From Glaucostegus cemiculus (lineage: Eukaryota), in NCBI GenBank assembly GCA_976551045.1, contig CDPCPM010000137.1, positions 1,302,001 to 1,366,000 on the forward strand: a stretch of 64,000 bases of DNA, read 5' to 3'. Both the position numbers and the translations under genes were made by a program. The notes beneath the pieces were generated by a model that saw only the letters and a program-made list of their open reading frames with translations, had not been told where the DNA came from and did no database searches. Below, piece after piece: positions 1-13,200 of this stretch (positions are counted from its first letter, which is position 1; each line of letters opens with the position of its first letter).

Positions 1-1204
1 CAATATTAAGGTAGAAGCGAAAATGTTAATAAACTAAAATATAAGAAATATTTTATAAAGGATAGAATTATAAAATAATTGTCATAGAGAATGCACACAT
101 TAATCCTCCTGTAATTGATTTTGCAGTGCTGGAAAAGTTGTTAAAAATTATTTTTTTAATAAGTGATTTAAAAACTCGAAGTATTACTTTGTTACAGATA
201 GAGCAGGTTCTCACTAATTTATTGATTACATCAGAGAATGCCACAACAACACTACGCAAAAGAGAAAGTTGTAAATGATAGCAATTACAACATGATTTCT
301 GCATTTAAATGTGCAAAGGTATCCTCCATAAGTTTTCTCTGTTATAACAATGAAGGCTAAAAGCTTTATCATTGATCTCATCACAGTTCTGGACCATTGT
401 TTTGCAGAAGCTGGTCATGTCTGAATGTTTTTCTTAAGCTTTCAAGAAAGCATTCATTGTGGGACGGCAGAAATGCATCTGCTAGTTGGTCATAAGATTC
501 CAGTCACTTTTCTGTGTCTACAAGTACATCAAACTGTTTTCCACAAAATCAAGGTGTATTGCATCATAAATGTGGAATGAAAATGGATGATAGTTCATGT
601 GCTAGTGAGGACCAGCATAGCAATACCATTGATATAGAATATGAGCTGTATGTATTTGAATTCTATGTACATCTACAGTCTTTATTATACACCATGTTAA
701 ACAACTAGATTGACATCTGTAATGGGCCTAAGTCCAGAAGTTGCATTGACTAAAACAATGTAGTAATATAATTGAAGTGGGCTTCTTCATGGAAGATTCA
801 GACACAATGTATTAAAGTTGAAATTTCTGTTACTCTTATCTATTTTAGAGACTCACCTTAAGTCCCAATTAAGTGGACTAGGACCTTGGCAAGAAAATTA
901 ATAGCATCTCATTCCCACTAGGCAACATAGAAAATCAAATGTTTGCAAAGCACATTTAGGAACATGATCTCTCAATTTATGATGCAAATATGGGTTTAGC
1001 TTTATATTTTACATCACATTTCCTCTAGTTACCAATTTTTATTTTCTCACACCAAAGAATGCATACAAAAATGAGAAAGTACGTTGACATACAATTTCAA
1101 CAAATAAATAATTACATATATTCCAAGGAAAATGCAGTGCAATTGCTTATATTCACATATTTATTTAAAAATAATTATCCTTTGTTATTGGATGTGTACA
1201 TTAT

Positions 1205-1555
1205 TATCATTTATTATCCATTCCTAATTGTCCAATGAACTGATTGACTTCCTAGGCTATTTCAGAGGCAGCTAAGAAGCAACTATGCTGCTCTGTCTGG
1301 AGTCAAAAATGGGCCTGACCAGGTAAGGATGGCAGGCTTCCATCCCTGAACGACATAACAGAACTGGATGGGTATCCTACAGCAATCTACTGGATTTACA
1401 ACAATCCAATGGATACACAGTCACTATTACTTATATTAGCTTTCTTATTACAGATTTATTTCATTAAATTACCATAGTAGATATGAGCTCATGTCTCTGG
1501 CTCAATTACTCCAAGCCTCTAGGTATTCAGTCTAGTAGTGTAACCACTATTTCTA
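1205..1555 (-). mobile_element. Decayed SINE (related pieces at ~12800-12900, 48170-48300, 50895-51075)
   Basis: Shared blocks such as atttattatccattcctaattg and ggtaaggatggcagg recur at 50941-51075 (atttgttgcccatccctaattg, ggtaaggatgacaga). Confidence 0.6.
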
Positions 1556-2203
1556 TGCCAACTAGATTTTCTTTCAGTGAATCAAAATGAAGGAGGACAG
1601 TTCTGTTACCTGCATGAAATCTTCCTATTAGACTTTTCTCTTTGCACACTTCCTCAGGCTTAATAACCAGGTGACAAAGTAAAAACCTACAAAAGTATTT
1701 CCACAAATGGAAAGGAAATTGAGGTTATCATAGGCAAAGATATGAATTGTTTGAAGGGTTAACTCTGTTACATTTTTCTCTAATTCCAACTACTTCTGAG
1801 TGAAGCGTGTGAATGATAAAACTGGACTCTGAATGCATGGGGGCCTACAGCAAATATTCTCAAATCCACATTGAGTTGAGTGAGCAAATCGTGTGGAACC
1901 TAATGCAGGTACTGTATCCAATGATGGCTCATACCTAGTTTTAATATTCTACTAAAAAAGGGATAATGTGTAGTCAAAGAACTTGGAACTTTTCATATAC
2001 TGTGATCATAGCAACATTCATTTAAATGGTATATAATTCACACTGGCAGTGCAGATATAAATGCAAGAGGTCACTAATATACTAGAATTCTTCTTCAACA
2101 TCTTACATACCCATGGTGTCTTCATCACAGTCAAACCTCGCAGAATACTATCAATTAAATTTTCAAGAAAATAGAAGACTAGGGCTATCCACTACATGCA
2201 ATT

Positions 2204-2295
2204 TATTGGTATTGGTTTATTATTGTCACTTGTACTGAGGTACAGTGAAAAACTTGTCTTGCATTCAGTTTGTAAGATAAATTCATTACACAGAG
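2204..2295 (-). mobile_element. Young retroposon 3' tail, copy 1 of 3
   Basis: tattggtattggtttattattgtcacttgtac.gaggtacagtgaaaa recurs near-identically at 47002-47190 and 61565-61797; the minus strand ends AATAAACCAATACCAATA. Confidence 0.8.
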
Positions 2296-3367
2296 TAATT
2301 TACTTAGTTTTTCCAAGTGATTGATAATGTTTTCGAGACTTTTAAAAAGTTAGTCCAGTAAGCTAGTGTCTTGAATGAAAATAGCTTGGATAAGGTAAGT
2401 GGCCAGAGATTCCTGCTTCCCTTCTATTGGACAAGTGCACATTACTATGCCGTGATGCGAGTTGATGAGAAATATTGCGGGATATGAACAACTTTTCTAT
2501 TAAAGGCCAGTTTTTTTAGTTTTAAAGCAACTTCAGTTGGTCTTTTAAAACTACTAGTATATTCATATGCCATCCAGCAGTATATTCAGAGTTAAAGTAC
2601 AATAAAATTCCAAATCCGAATGTTTATAAATAATGATCTACTCTCCTGAGGGGGTCTTGATATTCTTTTTCCACAAGCTACTACCCCCATTTCTCTGTCT
2701 GACAGAATCCATAAATGGAAAGATGGAAATATTCTGAGACAATTGATACATGACATTTTATAAACATTTAAATCATTCCCCCAACGCACCTCTTGCAAAT
2801 TATGTGATTTTCAAATAAATCCTTAGGAGGGCACTGTACACTAATCCTAGACCAATTGTCACGGTGTCTGGTGTTAACCCTACTTACCTTCATTATAGTG
2901 TCCACTTTCACATTAACTTAATGCTATACTGCTCCCACAGTATTAATCTTGAACTTTGCTATTTCAGTACACTGTACTAAAATGACTTTGTATTCCTATC
3001 TAGATATCCACAGTCCTATGGTAAAGTTTATCTATTACTAAGCTGAAACTTCATCATCTGACTATACTTATCCTTAACTTAAGTACAAGATCAGAGTCAT
3101 ACTGATTCGTTTAACTGGGAAAAGCGAGTTGGGGTACATGCCATGCAAATTTGGCAGCAAATCGCCATCAGGTTCAATCTGACCCCAGATTGGCCTTGGG
3201 TTTAACTCGTGCTTTTGAATTGGACACAGGGTGGAGTTCAACTTAATCATAGTTGGCAGTCACTTTTAGCATCTGGGCATCTCAGCACCTGTTTTGTTTA
3301 GAATGGAATCAGCTAAATGCCACTGGAAGTTAAAAGCTCTAAACCACAGTTAAGATAATATAAAATG

Positions 3368-3418
3368 AGATATCTTTATTAGTCACATGTACATCAAAAC
3401 ACACAGTGAAATACATCA
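3368..3418 (-). mobile_element. SINE fragment (longer copy at 53345-53482)
   Basis: ctttattagtcacatgtacatcaaaacacacagtgaaatacatc is identical at both positions. Confidence 0.7.
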
Positions 3419-4016
3419 AGAGTTAACATTTGTAGGTTTTGACAGAATGATTCTCAGACTACAGACCAGTGTTATCCCCTGAGACTCCTACCTCCAGAAC
3501 ATTTCAACAGTGCACCCATTTGGGGTCAGACAACCCCCGTTAATCGGACTCCCAAATCTGTGGTAACTCAATCAGACTTATGATTTTTCTTATTTCATGG
3601 CTTTGCTTTTGGAAGTGGGTATTTGCAAAGATACTGGTTTGCTGTCAATAAATTCTAAATCAATATACCAACATCTGCTCTTATCAGTGTTTTATGTCTA
3701 AATACCAGTTTACCACCGAGGTACCTGTGCAGCCCAGCAAGGCAAGAGTTTAGATTCTTGGTATTATAGATATCTGCCTTTGAGCAGGTCTGCAGTGTAA
3801 CTGCAACAGTACAATGTTTGATTTCTATTACATATTTTAAGAAGTGCTCTCCCGCTACTGATTTATCTCCTATATTATCCTCATTTTTGCAGCAACCTTC
3901 ATCGGATTACGCAACATCCCTTAACCCCCTTGTTTATCTGGATTAATTTGTATTCTCCGTCAACGAGTGGCACGAAGGTGTGTTTGGTGCTCGAAGCAGC
4001 ACCTCGAAATATAAGG

Positions 4017-4101
4017 TGCAACAAATAAAAGTTAGTTGCAAAGTATGTTGTTTGTACTGCAACAAATAAAAGTTAGTTGCAAAGTATGTTGTTTGTACTG
4101 C
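4017..4101. repeat. Perfect 41-bp tandem duplication
   Basis: tgcaacaaataaaagttagttgcaaagtatgttgtttgtac twice (4017-4057, 4058-4098), then tgc. Confidence 0.95.
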
Positions 4102-5437
4102 GCATGGTTACTGAATGATGAGTTGAATCAGATTAATTTCGCGAAACGCAAGGTTTCCATGAACGAGGTCGTAAAATATAACATCCAAGGCATAAGTTTT
4201 CTTTGAAGTCTGAGAGATAGAGAGAGGGATAGAGAGATGATGGTATGTGTGGGTGGGTGGGAGCTGGAAGTAACGTCAAGGTTTCTTCCAGTGATGTTGT
4301 TTAGCAAAAGGCAGCCAGCACTGGGCAACTGGTGATGGAGAACACGAGCACCGTCACTGGCAGACTTAACCAGAGAGCTGCCCCGTTCCAATGGTAGTTG
4401 CATTGAAAGGGGTGAAACTCCTGCTCTCTGTTTTTATCGAATATAATTAGCTGGGTCGATTTGGATTTGCCATGTGCCACACGAAAAGCGAAGCATCTTC
4501 ACAGAAGAAGCAGAACTGGATAGCTGGTGTGTAATAAGTTATAAGTTAACCTAAAAGTTATTGATGTCTCCCTAACTGGTGGAGATGTTTAATGTATGCT
4601 GTATTCAGGGCGTAATATCATGGCAAGTTTCTTTCAAAATAAATGAGGATTGTTCTAGAGGAAGATCAGTTCAAACAACATTGCCACCCCAGTATATAAC
4701 AATCGGCTTCATGTTTTAACTCTGAGCTTTCACTGTGAATTCTAAACTAACAACATTAACAGGAACAAAATATCCACCCAGATAACCACTTGCAAACCAC
4801 GTGTTAATCAGTCGGAAATGATCGGATGCTATCGGGTTTGTCCACACCACACCAATTGTCCGGAATATACGGATTTCACAAACTGGGGCCAGTACTGAAG
4901 CCTGGACAATCCTGCCTATAAGGGAGGAGTTGAAAATGCAGGTTTGTCCGGTGCACTCTGTGGATTTCCAACGTTTTATTTAGCCAGCTTTTATTTCCGC
5001 TTTATTGGTTTTAGGTCATTACATATAAGCAAAATAAGCGTTTGTAATTTCTGTAAACACTTCGCCCTTGAAATGTAGTCAGTTTGATTGTCAAATGTCT
5101 CGATTATGAAACAGACTAAGTATGGGGTTTTTTTTGTCTGATGAACTTGAATGGGATAATTGGTTCAAAACAACCGAATTCTTTGGGTGTTTGAACTGAG
5201 TTGAATTGCTGCCCAGCAATCCGAGCCCTTTCCTATTCAGGGCAGTTAGTGCTATTTAAATCTATACGGCGGCCACCATCTTCTAGATTGTCCTGTAATG
5301 ACAGCTCCGCGTACAGTTTGCCGGGGTGCTGAATGAGTGAGCAGCTCATTCAGCCGAACAATATTTGAAAGAGTAGGATCGGCTGGTGACAGAAATATAG
5401 AGGGGTAATTTATTAATCCAGACTCAAAATGTGAAGT

Positions 5438-5530
5438 GGGGGTGGGGGAGGGGATTTAGAAGACTATAAAAATCTAACAAGTGGAAAGGACCCAACTCGT
5501 AGTCAAAGGGCGACGCGCTGGGCGGTTCAG
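5438..5530 (+). promoter_or_regulatory. Candidate upstream core promoter (G-rich box, TATAAAA, GC box)
   Basis: G5-T-G5-A-G4 at 5438-5453, TATAAAA at 5465-5471, GGGCGG near 5520; about 0.9 kb upstream of the ATG. Confidence 0.35.
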
Positions 5531-6384
5531 TCACACAAGTGCCTCAGTCCCTTTTTTTAAAAATAAAATCACACAGGATGAGGACATCTTTACTGCATAA
5601 ACTCCTCATCGTTAGCACTAAGTTCTTTGCGGCAAACAACTGTAAAATTCATGTGATAAGTCGTCAATGAATGTTTATCTAGTGGAAAACTCTCTTTAAA
5701 AGTCGATAAAGCTGACATAGATCACAATAGCAGCGCTCCATAGCGTGCGCGGTACATCAGCGATGAAAGTATTTTATTAGATTGTCCTACCCAAATAATT
5801 AAAACGAGAAGTTCATATTAAGGTTCCTAATCTTATCTGACTTGTGGGTGCAGGATATTCTGGAGGAAATCCATTGGTGCCTTGCTTGCACTTTAGTTCC
5901 GCTTTTAAAAATGGAAACTTGTTAGAATTCTGCCCGACCTTCGCTGGCAAACCCCTGGCCCCCACCCCACCCCTCCCCTCCCCCGGAATAAAAGGTGAGT
6001 GTGTACATTCAAAAGGTATTTTGTGGGTCTGCTGCGTTTTCCGAACGTACACGCCCAAATAGATGAGATAGATATATAGAACCTGGAGGAAGATCCAGGT
6101 CTCATTGTGGCGAAAGCCTGCGACCAGTGCGATCTCTCAGCCAGCCGCCCATTTCAATTTGGAAACGTGTGACATGCATACAGATGATGGATAATCTGTA
6201 ACAAAAAGAGTGCGGGATATCAATTCTCCACTGGGATTTACAATTTACGACGGTTTTACTTTGAGTGCACTGTGACTGAGTTCACAAGGGTTGGCTTGTC
6301 TCTGAATACCTTGGACTGTCTCTGCCTGGGACTCCAATCAGCACGGGAGGAATCGCAGCCCACCGCACAAAGATACTCCTCAGC

Positions 6385-6455
6385 ATGAACCGAAAAACCA
6401 GGCGCTGGCTCTTTCATATTTTCCTCTGCGTGGGAATCGTGTACCTTAAAATAGG
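6385..6455 (+). CDS. WNT7A: Wnt7a coding exon 1 (signal peptide)
   Basis: ATG at 6385 in context cagcATGa; translates MNRKTRRWLFHIFLCVGIVYLKIG, resembling human [24 protein letters not shown]; 71 nt, phase 2, donor AGG|GTAAGT at 6455/6456. Too short for the ORF track. Confidence 0.96.
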
Positions 6456-8086
6456 GTAAGTGGCTTTCGGGGAAAGTTTGCCTTGCCCAGACGTGCCAGT
6501 GATTTTCATTGCAAGCTTTGACGGCGTGATTATGTTTTTGTGTTTATAATAACAATGTCTGCTGTGTGATTGGGATGGTTAACTCTTCAACACTATCGAG
6601 CAGTGTTTCGCTTGCCTAATGCTCGCTAGCTGCAAGTGGGGGTGGCGGGGAATGGGGTGGGGAGGGGAGTGTATTCTATCGCAAATGAATGGAAGCATAT
6701 CTGTGCAAATCTAATTGTAAATTCAGCGCTTAAATGTAGCAGGAAAAGTGGATAGACACCTGTGTTGCCGCGTTGCCGAAGAACACAGGAGGGCAAAACA
6801 ATGCTAGCATTTTATATCACAGGAAGGCAAAATGGAGCGAATAAAAGGTGCACCGTGTCGCAGAACCCATTCTGGGCTCAAACTTTACCAGGTGTTATAG
6901 TTTATAGAGTATACTGGAACGGATCAATCTCAAGCAGAATAAAGTAGGAATAGCTGGCGGGATCCCTTTGGTCACTTTAGCCTTTCTGAAAAATATAATG
7001 TTTGTGGGGTAGCAAGTGATCGCGAAAGGCTGCTGCTTTCCCCGGTGATCCGGTTCGGGTGCTGCCGAACCGCCTAACTCGAGAATGGAGACTCGGCTCC
7101 AACGTAGGACAATGGGACGGCTGGGGTTTACACGATCGCCGGTGCCACAGTTCAATCAGTATGTGCAGATGAGAACCTTCTGCCACTCACATCTAACCCG
7201 ACTGTTTCCCGCTTTAATCAGGGGGTTCACCGATGAACCTCCAGTAACACAGGCTTCCGAACACGGGAGCATAAACTATATGCATAAGGAAAGGTTAAAG
7301 GGGGAGCGAATGGGTGAAACAAGTGCCACCAGAGTTCCTCCAGCATTTTGTGTGTTGCTCCACAACTGCTGCAGTACAGTCCAGTATCATTCCAATCAAT
7401 CCACAAGCTAAATTTGTTTTACATTCAATACGTTGATAGGTACACAGGTACGTTTTAACGTTTTATTTGAATCGTGCTGCGTCTTGATGCACAGGTTACT
7501 TTCAACCACGTTGCATGCTTGATGCTCAGTGAGCTGCAGAACTTGCCCTTCAGTGTAATGTATTGTTTAAGGATGTATATTTCTATATATTTTTCGTACA
7601 AGGTTTCCATAATCTCGGTAATTGTGTTGGTTCGCCTTTTGCTTCACAGTGCGGACAGAGTTACCATTCCTAAAATGAATGGAGGCTCCAAACTACTAGA
7701 GTCCATCAACTGACCCTTCAATTGCAAATTCTCAGAACATGGTCAGATAGATCCCAACAAACACAACAGCGGGAATAAGGGGCGACCATAGTTAGAAAAG
7801 AGGATTTGAAAGTCAATAATAATGCTGTTCAAAATTACATTGTCTAATTCTTGTGATGTCCAACTTTGATCGCCTTCAGGCAAAGTTAAGAAAGTGCTTT
7901 CTAAATCTACCTGAACCTATGAAAATGAGAAAAAAATCTATTAAAATGGCATTGTGCAAGTTACCGGGAAAAACTCCGAGGATTTTGAAGGGCTCTGTTG
8001 TATTTCTGGTGTGAAATACGTGTTTGAAGTTAATAAATATCTGTCGTGTTGCTTTCTCATCCAATGTGTGCCTATATTTGCCACAG

Positions 8087-8313
8087 CGGATTCTCATCGG
8101 TGGTGGCGCTGGGAGCGAACATAATCTGCAGCAAGATTCCGGGACTGGCGCCCCGTCAGCGGGCGATCTGTCAGAGCCGCCCCGATGCCATTATCGTCAT
8201 CGGAGAAGGGGCTCAGATGGGAATCAACGAGTGTCAATTCCAGTTCCGATACGGTCGGTGGAACTGCTCTGCACTCGGCGAAAGAACTGTCTTTGGCAAG
8301 GAGCTCAGAGTGG
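8087..8313 (+). CDS. WNT7A: Wnt7a coding exon 2
   Basis: Acceptor ttgccacag| ending 8086; [36 protein letters not shown]...[19 protein letters not shown]; 227 nt; donor TGG|GTACGT. Confidence 0.98.
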
Positions 8314-10282
8314 GTACGTTAGTTAATGTAAAATCAGCTATCGGTTCCAATCTGTCACTATCTGATATAAGACCATTGGCATGTAAATATAACCTTGTGC
8401 CAAATATACAGGCAAAATTCCTTAAAAATAGCTATACAAGCTCGAATCTTTGGTTAATTTTAATACCTGGAATGGGTTGAATGAAAGAATCCCAATCTAA
8501 AATCAGAAAAAGGAAAATGTGAAATACACTTAGGACTTTGAGCAAAACATCATAATTCTGGTTTATTACAATTTTAAACAAGCCTGGGCCCACAGATCTT
8601 GTGGTTGTCGCTGTAACAGTCAATATTTGTTCAAGAGGCCATCAGAGAAATTGGCAAAATGGCAACTTGTCTTGGTTCTGTTTTAATTAAAGAATCATAT
8701 ATAATGTTAATAACGTAGCTTGTACAGTTCTTTCATCTGTGGGGATCCAAGATTTGCATATTTTGCATTTCTCTGAATCAAAACAATCAAGAGGTTATTT
8801 CCACTTTACTTCCCACAGGTGTACATCTTTTCTATTGTAGTTAAGTTGCTTTGATGGTTCATAAACAGTGCCTCTCTCTTCAGTCACTTTAACCAAGTTC
8901 ATTCAAACAGTAGTCCTACTCTCCTACCCTTGGCTGTGATTCAACAGGACTCGCTTGTTTCTTGGTTACAGCACACACAGGTTATCAGTCATTTTAGTCT
9001 GGGCAGTTTATTAAAATCATTGTCAAACTTCAGAGTTCTCCACAGGTACAGAATAGTTGTTCTTTGAAACACCTGGTGATTATTGACTTTTAGGTGCATA
9101 AGGCACTGAACTTATCAAATTTGACTTCAAAGAAGTTAAGGTATAACATTTGCTACTGTCCTTAACCTATTTAACTGAGCAAGTCATCATCCATTATGAA
9201 TCATACAGCCATTGTTTCAGTATGCATGGCTTATCTTGCATTTTAACCATGCCAAATAAAGAGTGCAATTGTAAATCACATGTTTGGTTTCTATATATCT
9301 ATTTTATACCCCCACAGTTTATGTTTCTGTATAAATATTTCTAATCTCATTGGCACAGACTCAAGCAGCACAGCAGCAAACTATTATTTCTCATAGTTAT
9401 TTTCTACTAAAGATGAAATTCATTCAGAATGTAAAAAGGGGAGTGGCATGAACAACAACATAACAGAGAAACATTTTCCAATTATTCAAATCATGGGCCA
9501 TTATGCAATACTAACTGCAGAGGTTATTGCTCTGGGGAAGACTGAGGTGGCTTCCCCCAGCTTCCTCCTAAATCTGCAAATATTCTGTCATCTGTGACAT
9601 TCCTCCTAGAGTTCACGCCTTTTGAATTTTATTCAGATGTGAAATATTCAGTTAAAATACACTTAATGCACAATCACTGTAATTTCACAATTGTGGCTAA
9701 GAAGTCAACTGACAACAATCGAGGCCACACCTTGGCATTTAGTACTTTATTGAGGAATGTGTAACCCATTTAATGTGCTAAGCATACTAGTATATAGAAA
9801 AAAGACCTTTACAAAAGGAAGTCACAATAAATGGAAGAAACCATCTTTGACAGAGAAATATATGTCAAAGATAGCCTATCAAATTGGATGTATGTTCTGT
9901 GCCTGATGACATACTGGAACAGGCAATAACCATAAAGCTTAGGCAAAAAGTAATCCTGAATCCATTTTTTAAACATGAAATTAATGTCAGTTTCTTGATA
10001 CCATTTGCTGCTGGCATAATTAAAGTTGTTTAATTCCTTTATTTGATAAATGCAAAATTGTTATGCATTATGCACATTATCACATAATTCATTATGTCAG
10101 TTTGGATTTGGCAGACATCAAGCAAACTGTGATTTTAATTTGATATATTTATGGAGATTTAACGATTTCACCTCTGCCAAGTATTATTTTATAGAGTAAA
10201 ACTTAGCACAATACCTCAATGTGTGTCTGATTGTAAAACATAAAATGATATTATTATCACTGGTCTATCAGCATATTAATAA

Positions 10283-10657
<375 letters not shown>

Positions 10658-12349
10658 TGAAGCAATGAAATAATTGGTTACAAAATGTAGCTATTTCCCA
10701 AATATCATCATCAATGACAAAGCATATGCAAAGCTCCATTATCCAAGGTAAACAGTTTTTGCTAAAATGATATACATAGAGCCATTTTAAAAGGCTTTTT
10801 ACTTTAGTCTGGAATTCTGGAACACATCTGTTCCTTATGTTTCAAGGAGCTGCACTGCATAATTAATTACAACCAATCATACAGGGCAGAGAAAATGTTA
10901 AAGGTGATTTATTGCTGAATGCATTGCAGATAACTCCAAAGTTGCTAAGGAGATTTTCAAGTATTCAGTATTATATTTTCCTGCTGTAACAGAGATAGCA
11001 TAGGATAGAAATGATTTTAAGATGAAGATAGTATAAAATCACATAGAGGCATTTTAATGGTTTCATTTCGAATTACCAAGAAGTATTTAAGAATGATGAG
11101 TTACTAGCATTTTTCATAAACTTGATGCATTTTAAGAGCTGAACTCCTAAGATAGTTTCTGATCTTTGAAACTCTGCAATTTTGCCTCCTTAATTAGATT
11201 TGGGTGGGCTGATTGGATATGGAATGCCTGTTGCTGCTTCAGACATTGCTTACAAGCTGGCATCATTTCTCAAGATGGCATTAGGCTGGCTACCAAGATG
11301 CGAATGTACAGTGATGCAAAGTAACGTGGTTGCTTTGATTGATTTTCACTGACACCAGTTGATTTTACAACCTTTTATTCCTTGTGCTTCATCAGTCTGG
11401 GACATGTATAAATACCAACAGAGACACTCAATCTAATGGTGCATTTATTTTGAGCCAGACTTGTAGACTTTCATATTCAAGGTACTGAAATAACAATTCC
11501 ACTTTAAATGAAATGCTGACTCACAGATTATACTTTGAATCAAAATATATTTTAGACAAAGTAGTTATTACTTTATAAGTACCCAGTAGAGAGAATTTCA
11601 TGGTAATTTCCACATAGATGGATATATTACCATTATCATAGAAAAAAATAAACAATCCTTTCATATTTTGGGAGTGGAAGGAATTAGCAAAGCCTCTCAT
11701 TTTATCACGATGATATTTAATACAAATGGAACAATGATGAAAAGAAGTGTGAGCATATTGAATGTATAAAAGTCACATGAAAAATAAGAATTTCAAAATG
11801 CCAGATTTGAAAACAAATATCTTACCAAAATTCAAGCTAATTACTCTGTCAGCTGATAACACAAGTTATGTAATGTGTGGTCAGAGGAAAAGCTGTTTAA
11901 CCATCATTCCATATTCTCAACTATGACAACCATGTCTTCTAATTAAATATATCATAAACCATTATTTCAACATTTTTCACCTTAAAATAATGAAAATTAA
12001 ATTGTGAATGCCTTAGGGTGCTATGGTATAATCTTTCTCTGACCATATAATTTGCTTCCACAACTACTTTATAGCAATATCATAATATCACGCTCCACAG
12101 TGACGTAACACAACAGCATACAATTTTTACTTTCCAAATATTCTTGTCTTTGAGGAAGTGACATTCCAAGTATACACTGCAAAAAAGTTATTTAAGCCAT
12201 AAAGTCTTCAATACAGCTTCGTACTGTTAAACTTAAGGCAAAACTTTGTTCAGGAAATGACTGAAACACCAAATATAGTTGGTGAACTGATATTGACTAG
12301 AGAGATGCATGATGAAATTAGCTGCTACTACTCAGTATCTAGCTAAAAT

Positions 12350-13200
12350 ACAATGCTAGCTCTGCAATTTCACAGATGAAACTAAACTGAAAAGCTCAAG
12401 ATTACTTGGTGGGGCTGATGAAGCAGAAGAACATTGAAAGATTAAAGATTCAGTCAAACAATGGCAAAAGGAATTAAAAATATACAAGTGTCAAAGTCTT
12501 TCATGGCATGCAATTAATTAAAGTTTATTCATATTCAAATGAACTAGCTAAAAGGGAGAACACAACCTGGGACTGATGATAAATTTAACACATAGTCATT
12601 GCAGCAACAAACAAAGCAATTGGAATGCTGAGCTCTCGTTCCAACTCAGCAGAGATTAATTCTGAGGTTGTCGCACTATATAGACCTCTGGTCAGGCAGC
12701 ACTCTGAGTCCTGCATTCAGTTTGAATCATTGAGATGCAAGGGAGTCATTCAAGCCCTGAAGGGAACACACAGAGTAGGGCCATGATGCTGACTCTTCTC
12801 ATCAAAGACGGATGTGGGTGTTGCTGGCAGGGCCAGCTTTCATTGGCCAACCTTAATCCTTGAGAAAGAGATGATGAAGGTACTCCTGCAGTGCTGTTAC
12901 GTAGGGAGAAAAGGCGAGAAAAAAACTGGTCTAGCCTTGAAAGAAAGTAAAAGGCATTGCACTTTCTAAAATGTGCTACAATGATTAGCTCACAGCATTA
13001 TTTCAAAATAAATTAAGACTGCAGGCTTTGGGGTATGGGTATAATGTAGGTTCAAGGTTAAAAGAGTTAGGAAAAACCTATGCAAACAAAGAATGGTGGA
13101 TACACAGAAAGGAGAGTAATGGAAGAAAAAAATATTTGAAATACTCAAAGCACTTAGATGTTGTGATTCTGATGCATATCATTCCAAAGGAAAAAGAAAT
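12350..13200 (+). mobile_element. Highly decayed CR1-type LINE RT/3' fragments
   Basis: Remnants such as tttcacagatgaaactaaact (FADDTKL-like) and ctctggtcaggcagcactctgagtcctgcattcagttt (LVRPHLEYCVQF-like). Confidence 0.55.

Larger units (their letters stand above)
3890..8340. promoter_or_regulatory. CpG-retaining domain over Wnt7a promoter, exon 1, intron 1 and exon 2
   Basis: CG dinucleotides are visibly frequent here and scarce in the flanks and in exons 3-4; almost repeat-free. Boundaries by eye. Confidence 0.75.

Noticed and set aside
8046-8480. ORFs 8046-8480, 10283-10660 and 26391-26945 as stand-alone genes
   Set aside because: They are Wnt7a exons extended into intron sequence; similarity stops at the splice sites.
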